64,000 bases of DNA from Nitrospinales bacterium (GTDB lineage: Bacteria; Nitrospinota; Nitrospinia; Nitrospinales; VA-1), in NCBI GenBank assembly GCA_965223345.1, contig CBDCWG010000012.1:3072001-3136000 (forward strand), read 5' to 3'. The notes beneath the pieces were generated by a model that saw only the letters and a list, made by a program, of their open reading frames with translations, did no database searches and was not told the DNA's origin. The position numbers and the translations under genes are program-made. This document shows positions 57,442-64,000 of the stretch, one piece after another (position 1 is the stretch's first letter; the number at the start of each line of letters is the position of its first letter).

Positions 57442-57777
57442 TTACTTGTCCAAATTTTTTTGAAACAATTTTTTATCTTGAGGTCTTATCTTTTTCCGGG
57501 CCATTTTATCTGGACAGCTTTTATCCATATCCATCACTTTCACCCGGCATTCCACTCTTTCCACCCCTTTCAGTTTGTCGCATTTCTTTTTCGCTCGTAT
57601 GATTTCTCTCCTGCAATTTTTTTGTGATCTTTCATGATCGCCTTTTGCGTCTGCTTTTTCCACCTTCATAACCTGGGATTTATTTTGCTTCTGCTCCGGC
57701 TCTCCCAAAGAACTCTGTGCAAAAAACAATAAAAGAACCGCAAAAACCGATACACTTAAAAATTGATATCTTTTCAT
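57442..57777 (-). CDS. Secreted basic hypothetical protein (4 Cys)
   Basis: Signal peptide; AAGGA RBS; Lys-rich. Confidence 0.65.
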   Translation of the reverse strand: MKRYQFLSVSVFAVLLLFFAQSSLGEPEQKQNKSQVMKVEKADAKGDHERSQKNCRREIIRAKKKCDKLKGVERVECRVKVMDMDKSCPDKMARKKIRPQDKKLFQKNLDK

Positions 57778-58089
57778 CGTTGGTCCTTTCAATAATCATG
57801 TCTTGGATGTGCAGGAAACCATACCAGGATTCCTTCGCTTCTCGCGGAATCACAGCTCCCCGAAGGAGTGGTTGATTCTGGAAACTTATTTCACGGAAGA
57901 ATCGGTTGAAACAAAATTCTACTGCCTTATCCAGACAGTCACACACAAAGACATTCTGTTCGGGTCTTTAAATCCCCCCCTGCTTGCGACTGCAACCTAT
58001 TCTCACTCTTTTGGGGTCAAAATTCATAATACGATGGAAATTACCTATCTCGTCGCTGCAAAAAAGTGGCAGCTTGTTCTAAGCCTTGC

Positions 58090-58290
58090 TCAACAAAAGT
58101 ATTCATCCCGGTATCGTTTGAGTGTGTGTTTGCAGGGAGGGCGGTTTACTGCGACTACCGTTCTGCATGAATGATCTGGGCATATCTTCAGGTACTGGGG
58201 ATTGGAAGTTTCACATTGGAAATGCGATTCAACATCCAGGATGAAAGCTTCCTCATTGTGTTCTTGCTGCCCTATTCCCCCGATACGCAT
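58090..58290 (-). CDS. Possible small Cys-containing protein
   Basis: 66-aa ORF with AAGGA upstream; no recognised family. Confidence 0.3.
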   Translation of the reverse strand: MRIGGIGQQEHNEEAFILDVESHFQCETSNPQYLKICPDHSCRTVVAVNRPPCKHTLKRYRDEYFC

Positions 58291-58363
58291 TTGTCGTTTC
58301 CTTTCAGGTTAAAGTATTGCTAATGATAATAAATTCGTTGTAAAATAAGTTTCCGCAATGTAA

Positions 58364-58684
58364 TCAAATCCTTTTTTCGGAGTCCTCTTCCTCAGGTTCT
58401 ACGGATTCGGGGGTTTCCTCTGGTGTCATAGCATCTCTGTGAAACTCCTCAATACCTTGATCTTCAGAAGATGGATTTTCTTGTGTTTCCTCCATTCCGA
58501 AGTTTTCATCCTTGTGGAAAAAATGATCAACTTCCCTCTCATACTCCGATAAAACATTTAAATCTTCTTGCGAAAATTCCTCATTCTGTTCCGATTGAAA
58601 ATCGTTGGCTTGTATCGATGAAACTGCTGATAAAGTAACAAAAACACTTAATAGTAAAGCAATGACCAATAATGATTTATTCAT
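58364..58684 (-). CDS. Secreted acidic (Glu-rich) hypothetical protein
   Basis: Signal peptide MNKSLLV...IQA; AGGAG RBS. Confidence 0.7.
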   Translation of the reverse strand: MNKSLLVIALLLSVFVTLSAVSSIQANDFQSEQNEEFSQEDLNVLSEYEREVDHFFHKDENFGMEETQENPSSEDQGIEEFHRDAMTPEETPESVEPEEEDSEKRI

Positions 58685-59222
58685 GATTGATCTCCTAAAT
58701 TTTGCAAACAGATGGTTATTAGACACACAAATCCTCAGAAATTCACTTCCCCTTCCTTCGTGATAAATAGAAGATGATTGCGAATTCCAGGCAGAGTAAA
58801 CCTTCCCCAGGACACACGGATACGGTCAGGCCGGATACCGGCAGGGCAAGAAAGTCAAAACGGAAATGACGGGATTACATATACCCTTTGGAGAAAAAGG
58901 ACTGTTCCATCTTGTCGGTGATGGAAACCGATTGCAGGGAAAACCGGGGACGATAACTGCGTGAGGAAGGCTTTTTCTGCATTCGCAGAGAAAATGAAGA
59001 TTGGAGAAGGAATAACGTACCCATTGCGGGACTTCCTTTCGGGAAGAAAGTAGCTGAACTCAATCTACTCCCAATCCATTCAAACTTGCAATCTTTATTT
59101 TCGCGCATTTTGTGATTTTAATCCTGCCGCTCCGACAAAATTCCTGAGTTACTTGTTATAAAAAGGTCTTCCAGAAATCAAAGCACAAGTATCAATATAA
59201 CAAATATTTATACCAATTCCAT

Positions 59223-60404
59223 TTATCCTGAAATCGATTCCTTTTTGTAAAGCCACAGCCTGAGCACCAGCGGCGTGATGATCGCGGTCAACAGGCTCAT
59301 CAGGACCAGCGCCACGAACAGGGGCTGCTCGATCGCCCCCTGATTGAGGCCCAGCAGAGCGATGACCATCACGACCTCCCCCCTCGGGGCCATCCCGAAA
59401 CCCACCACCCAGGCATCGCGCCAGGAGAGTCCCTGCAGCCGGGCGGGAATGCCGCAGGCCAGCACCTTTGTCAACACGGCCACGGCCGTCAGCGCCAGGA
59501 AAAACCCGACCACATGCGCCTGCAGTGCCTTCAGATCCGCGATAATGCCGAGCGAGACAAAAAAGATCGATGCGAAGATGATCCGCAGGTATTCGGCGCC
59601 CTCTTTCAGGTTTTTGCTGTTTTTCAGGTTGATGCCTTCCATCGTCACGCCCGCGATGAATGCCCCGACGATGGAAGACAGGCCGCAGAGTTCCGCCATC
59701 AGCGCATAGAAAAATGCATTCATCATGGCGAAGACGAAAACGAATTCCGGATATTTATGCGCCAGCGCGGAGTCGTCCAGTTTCGCGATCCAGCGGCTGG
59801 CCACCCAATGGCCCACCAGCACGCCGGCGATCAGAAATCCGACCGCCTTGCCCACGGAAATCATCACCGCGGCTGCGGTCAGGTTTCCCTCCGACATCTG
59901 TCCCGTGATGGACAACGCCAGAAGCGCCAGCACATCGTCGATGACCGCCGCTCCGATGATGGCCTTTCCGGCTTCGGTTTGCAGCTTGCCCATTTCTTTC
60001 AGCGTGTCCGCGGTCACGGCGATGCTGGTGGCCGTCAGCGCCACCCCGATCAGGATCGCGCGGTGCGTGTCGAACCCGAATCCCACTGCCAGGAAATACC
60101 CGCCGATCCAGGGAACCACGATCCCCATGACGGCGATCACCGCGTACCCCGGCTTCGCGATGTCGCGCACCTTGAACTCCAGGCCGATGACAAACAGCAG
60201 GATGATCGCCCCGAGATGGGCGACGCTGTTGACGAATTCGGTGTACGTGACCCAGCCCAGAAGGCTCGGGCCGATCAGCATGCCCACCAGGATTTCCCCG
60301 ACGACGGCGGGCTGCCCGACACGGGAGGCGACCAGATAGCCGGCCAGAGCGACGAACAACAGCAGGCTCATCTGAAATTCAATGGTGGCGGTGATAGCGT
60401 GCAA
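59223..60404 (-). CDS. Cation:proton antiporter (CPA2/Kef-type)
   Basis: QPAVVGEILVG, LLF.IGLE, TATSIAVT, AAVIDD and GM.PRGEV motifs. Confidence 0.93.
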   Translation of the reverse strand: MHAITATIEFQMSLLLFVALAGYLVASRVGQPAVVGEILVGMLIGPSLLGWVTYTEFVNSVAHLGAIILLFVIGLEFKVRDIAKPGYAVIAVMGIVVPWIGGYFLAVGFGFDTHRAILIGVALTATSIAVTADTLKEMGKLQTEAGKAIIGAAVIDDVLALLALSITGQMSEGNLTAAAVMISVGKAVGFLIAGVLVGHWVASRWIAKLDDSALAHKYPEFVFVFAMMNAFFYALMAELCGLSSIVGAFIAGVTMEGINLKNSKNLKEGAEYLRIIFASIFFVSLGIIADLKALQAHVVGFFLALTAVAVLTKVLACGIPARLQGLSWRDAWVVGFGMAPRGEVVMVIALLGLNQGAIEQPLFVALVLMSLLTAIITPLVLRLWLYKKESISG

Positions 60405-60459
60405 TGGAAACCTGCGAGTTATAAAGGAAGCGAAAGGGATGTGAACAATTTCAAACGTG

Positions 60460-62226
60460 TCATTTCGATTTCTGCCCCTGAGCCTCCGCGCTTCCGTCCA
60501 GAGCGGGACTCGCCCATGTCTTCAAATCCTGGGAAGGGCTGATTGTGAGCTGGGTGAAAGGAATCACCAACTGGTTTTCATTGCAGATCTGCACCAGCCT
60601 TCTGTTGATCTCCCATTGCAGGGGATAGTAATCCTCCGCACAGCGTCCGTGCATCTTGAACAACACGATGAGCTTCAACGAGCTGTCTGCGGCGCTGTCA
60701 AAACGAACCTGCAGGGTTTGAATATCGGGATCGTCCCCGTCGAACCGCTTTTTGAATATTTCACGCAGCCTTTCCTTGAACAACCGCGGCAGCTCGTCGG
60801 TGATGCGCGACTGAACACCGTAATCGAGTCCGAAGCGAATGACGATGCGGTATCCGGTCGAAAGGTTTCTCGGTTTGAGGCCCAAGAAATCCGTCGTTTT
60901 AAAATATTTTCTCGACGCGAACGACTCCACGACAACCTGCTCCGCCGTTTGCTTGATCACCCGGCCAAACGTATCGTCGGACAGGATCACCCAATCGTCC
61001 ACTTTCGTCGGGAACCATTCCTCTTCAAGAACCAGCGGCCTCGAGTGGAGTCCGACCAGTTCTCCGACGTGCAGTTTGACCATGCCTCCCTGCAACCTGG
61101 GGTTGCGCAGAATGGCGTACACGCCGATCTCCTGCACCTTCCAGGGGACTCCCTGCCAGATCAGCCGTTCCTTCTCGCGCACCGTGCCCAGGTTGAGAAT
61201 CAGCCTGAGCTCGCGGATGAACTTGGGTATGAATTCACGAAAACCCAGCGCCATCCCCGCAAAAACCAGGATAACAATACTGAGGATCAGCCAGTCGTCC
61301 AAAAGATACAGAGCGACCACGCTGGCGGTGCTGCAGAAAAGGAAGATGAACAGGCTGTACGCGGCTTTGATGACCTTCTGGTAATGCGGGTCGAGCCGGG
61401 AAAGCAGCTTCATCCGCACGGCAAAAAACCGGTACAGCGCGGTCAGAACGATCCAGAAAACCAGAAACGCCGCCAGCGCAATGAGCAGATTCCGGCCCCG
61501 TACCTGCAAAAATTCCTGGATGAACGATGTGCTGAAGTTTTCCGAGGATTGCAGCGCCCTGAGACTGTTTTGCGCCTCCTCCAGATCCAGAACGAGAAAT
61601 TCGGGATTGTATTTTTTTTTCAGTTTCGCGAGCCGGGTCTTGAATGATTTTTTCAATTCAGCCGTGGCGATTTCGGGCTCCTTCTGTTCCCCGTTTTCAA
61701 GCGGCCGGGCGAATTCCATCTGCATCATTTTTTCCAGACTGCCGCGGGCTTTTTCATAGGCCGCGATCTGCTGCTTCAATGACTGAATGCGGGTTTTCAG
61801 GTTTTCGATCTTGCGCGGCCGCTCGGTGATATCCCTCAGGGCGGCCAACAGGGGCCGGGTGATTTCACGCAGCTCCTCCATCCAGGTGAGATCCCGCCGT
61901 TCCTCAACGACAACTTCCCCATTTTGCAGTTGAGTGGCCAGAGCATCGAATTTACGGGTCAAAACCTTCAACTCTGAATCGATTTCCTCGGCTCGTTTCG
62001 ATTCTTCCTGGCTTGGCTTTTCCTTGCTGATCTTCGCCAGTTCTTTTTCCAGGAGGAGCTTTTGTTCCAGAATCTGAACGAGCTGCTTCTGCTGCTTTTC
62101 TTCAGTTGAAAGCTTGTCCTTGGGCGGTGCGTCCGTATTTTGCTGCGCAATGGCAGCGGCGGCAAAAAACGACAGGATGCAGACGGCCGCGAGAATTTTT
62201 AAAGTGAAATGAAAAACAGGCTTCAT
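60460..62226 (-). CDS. MscS-family mechanosensitive channel with a periplasmic coiled coil
   Basis: Signal peptide, coiled coil, TM helices, FPT..DW, NLS..., FGLDY, IPF.QL. Confidence 0.75.
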   Translation of the reverse strand: MKPVFHFTLKILAAVCILSFFAAAAIAQQNTDAPPKDKLSTEEKQQKQLVQILEQKLLLEKELAKISKEKPSQEESKRAEEIDSELKVLTRKFDALATQLQNGEVVVEERRDLTWMEELREITRPLLAALRDITERPRKIENLKTRIQSLKQQIAAYEKARGSLEKMMQMEFARPLENGEQKEPEIATAELKKSFKTRLAKLKKKYNPEFLVLDLEEAQNSLRALQSSENFSTSFIQEFLQVRGRNLLIALAAFLVFWIVLTALYRFFAVRMKLLSRLDPHYQKVIKAAYSLFIFLFCSTASVVALYLLDDWLILSIVILVFAGMALGFREFIPKFIRELRLILNLGTVREKERLIWQGVPWKVQEIGVYAILRNPRLQGGMVKLHVGELVGLHSRPLVLEEEWFPTKVDDWVILSDDTFGRVIKQTAEQVVVESFASRKYFKTTDFLGLKPRNLSTGYRIVIRFGLDYGVQSRITDELPRLFKERLREIFKKRFDGDDPDIQTLQVRFDSAADSSLKLIVLFKMHGRCAEDYYPLQWEINRRLVQICNENQLVIPFTQLTISPSQDLKTWASPALDGSAEAQGQKSK

Positions 62227-62434
62227 GGCGATTTCATAAAATGGTTGGCAGCCAGATCGGTTCCCCAAGCGGACCCAGGATGGGGGAATTATATACCAGG
62301 AAAACAGTAAATGAATCGTAAACGCACATGCGGACGGGCGAATGGCGCCGCTTTTTAAAACGCCAGGATTTTAGACATCCGCAACGAAAAGGGAACCTCT
62401 TCAGGCGAATTCCATGTGAATGGGTTCGGGTCTA

Positions 62435-63742
62435 TTACAGCAGGCTGGAAAGTAGCAGCGCGATCCCCAGAAAGGAGAAAAAGCCCGCCACGTCGGTGAC
62501 GGTGGTCAGGATGATCGAGGAAGCCGTGGCGGGGTCTTTGCCCAGACGGGTGAGCACGATGGGCACCGAAGCGCCGGCGATTCCCGCAATGACCATCGAG
62601 AGGATCATGGACAGGCCGATCACCAGGCCCAGCCCGATCGACCGGCTCCAGACATACACGCCCACCGCCGTCGTCGCCGCGATGGCGATCCCGTTGACGA
62701 ACCCCACCCGCATTTCCTTGAGGACCACCGTACCCCAGTGGCGCACGCTGATTTCCCGCAGCGCCAGCCCGCGCATGGTGACCGCCAGCGCCTGCGCGCC
62801 GGCGTTTCCCGACTGCCCCGCGACCACCGGCAACAGCACCGCCAGAGCGGTGAACTTGGCGATCAACCCCTCGAACAGGCCGACCACCGCCGAAGCCAGA
62901 AACGCCGTCAGCAGGTTGATTTCCAGCCAGGGCAGCCGGTTGCGGATAGCCACACCGGGCCGGGACAACGCCCTCTCGTTCTCGCCGACGCCGAACATGG
63001 TCTGGATATCGATCGTCGCCTCCTCTCCCGCCGCCTTGATCAACGCATCGTGCCGCACGATTCCGATCAGGTGCCCGGACAGGTCCACCACAGGCAGGCT
63101 GGTCAGCTTGAATTCCTCCAGTTTGTGCACCACCTCTTCCCGGGGATCTTCGGGGTGTACAATCACACGGACCGGCCGGGCGAATTCCCGCAATTCCTTG
63201 TTGTAATCCGCGAGCACCAGATCCTGAATATCCATCCGGGACTTCAGCACATTACCGGCGTCCACCAGATACAGCGTCCGGGTGGTGCGGTTTTCGGGCT
63301 GCCTGAGCCGTTTCAGCGCCATTTTGACGGTCATCGATTCACGAAACACGAGAATACGCGTGTCCATCAGACGTCCCGCCGAATTGGGGGGATACGCCAT
63401 GAGCCGGTTGTATTCCCGTCGCAACGGAGCCGGCAGCGCGGCCAGCCGCCGGTTCTGCTCCTCAGCGGGCATGTGCCCGAGAATCTGCACCATGACATTG
63501 GAACTGGCGTCCTGCAGGAGAGCTTCTGCAAGGGATTCGGGCAGATGCGCGAAGACCCGCGCTGCAAAATCCGGTGTGAGCCGGTCCAGCACGCGGGAGA
63601 TGAGAGAGGGAGCCAGTCCTTCCAGAAACCGTCCGGCGGTTTCGGGTTCCATGCTCTCGATTTTTTTAACGGCATCCGAGGGATGATCGAGAATGAACCT
63701 GCGGTTCAGCAATTCAAAGGCGGCCGCGGCTTTGGCATTCAC
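62435..63742 (-). CDS. mgtE: Magnesium transporter MgtE
   Basis: YPPNSAGRLM, CBS pair, RLPWL.INL, GNAG.Q, DPA.ASS..LTTVTD. Confidence 0.92.
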   Translation of the reverse strand: MNAKAAAAFELLNRRFILDHPSDAVKKIESMEPETAGRFLEGLAPSLISRVLDRLTPDFAARVFAHLPESLAEALLQDASSNVMVQILGHMPAEEQNRRLAALPAPLRREYNRLMAYPPNSAGRLMDTRILVFRESMTVKMALKRLRQPENRTTRTLYLVDAGNVLKSRMDIQDLVLADYNKELREFARPVRVIVHPEDPREEVVHKLEEFKLTSLPVVDLSGHLIGIVRHDALIKAAGEEATIDIQTMFGVGENERALSRPGVAIRNRLPWLEINLLTAFLASAVVGLFEGLIAKFTALAVLLPVVAGQSGNAGAQALAVTMRGLALREISVRHWGTVVLKEMRVGFVNGIAIAATTAVGVYVWSRSIGLGLVIGLSMILSMVIAGIAGASVPIVLTRLGKDPATASSIILTTVTDVAGFFSFLGIALLLSSLL

Positions 63743-63999
63743 GAGGTGCTCTCCCGGGAAGAGGATTTGCCCGCAATGGTCTGAACCAGTCCGGAAAGGG
63801 TGGACGCGTAGGTTTTGACCACATCCAGAACGATGGAATCGGTGTTCACCGGTTCATAATTTTCCTGGAGGAATTCGATTCCCTTGTTCAGGTTGTTGCG
63901 CGTCAGGACGCCAAGATAACTGCCTTTTCGATTGGTGACCGCAAGCGCATCGAAGTTTTCCCAGTTCAGATACGACGCAATGGCGTGCAGCGATGCCTG
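63739..63999 (-). CDS. CBS-domain protein, C-terminal part (5' end outside the window)
   Basis: Open frame ...WENFDALAVTNRKGSYLGVLTR... ending in a GTGA overlap with the mgtE start. Confidence 0.6.
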   Translation of the reverse strand, partial: QASLHAIASYLNWENFDALAVTNRKGSYLGVLTRNNLNKGIEFLQENYEPVNTDSIVLDVVKTYASTLSGLVQTIAGKSSSRESTS

Positions 64000-64000
64000 A

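Overview
Bacterial chromosomal window, mostly GC-rich with several AT-richer patches. The gene order and content suggest a Nitrospinota/deltaproteobacteria-like organism, but that is inference only. 1-15 kb is largely housekeeping: end of dnaJ, a DedA/TVP38 protein, a eukaryote-type UDP-glucose pyrophosphorylase, two tandem paralogs of unknown function, then nnr-tsaE-lptCAB-rpoN-hpf-ptsN-ptsI-metK. 15-35 kb is a mosaic of single genes: response regulator, oxidoreductase, nfi inside REP-like repeats, methyltransferases, hybrid kinase, Rieske, ankyrin, pentapeptide, J-domain, OMP, DUF3365 cytochrome, diguanylate cyclase, lipocalin and lipoproteins. 35-50 kb is a signalling-rich island and the best candidate for an undescribed system (a putative lipid or small-molecule signal synthesis and sensing locus): Tsx-like OMP + CHASE kinase, a fatty-acid desaturase divergent from TonB receptor-YfiR-hybrid kinase-response regulator, a thermostable-hemolysin-like (probably GNAT-fold) protein + heme-oxygenase-like diiron enzyme, and a cNMP-PAS-GGDEF-EAL protein. 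50-57 kb is the circularly permuted ATP-grasp/alpha-E/Anbu/transglutaminase operon, preceded by a coupled gamma-glutamyltransferase + N-formylglutamate amidohydrolase pair. The end holds small secreted proteins and CBS-mgtE-MscS-cation/proton antiporter genes. I saw no rRNA, tRNA, CRISPR array, transposase or integrase. All product calls come from motif recognition by eye; no database searches were run.
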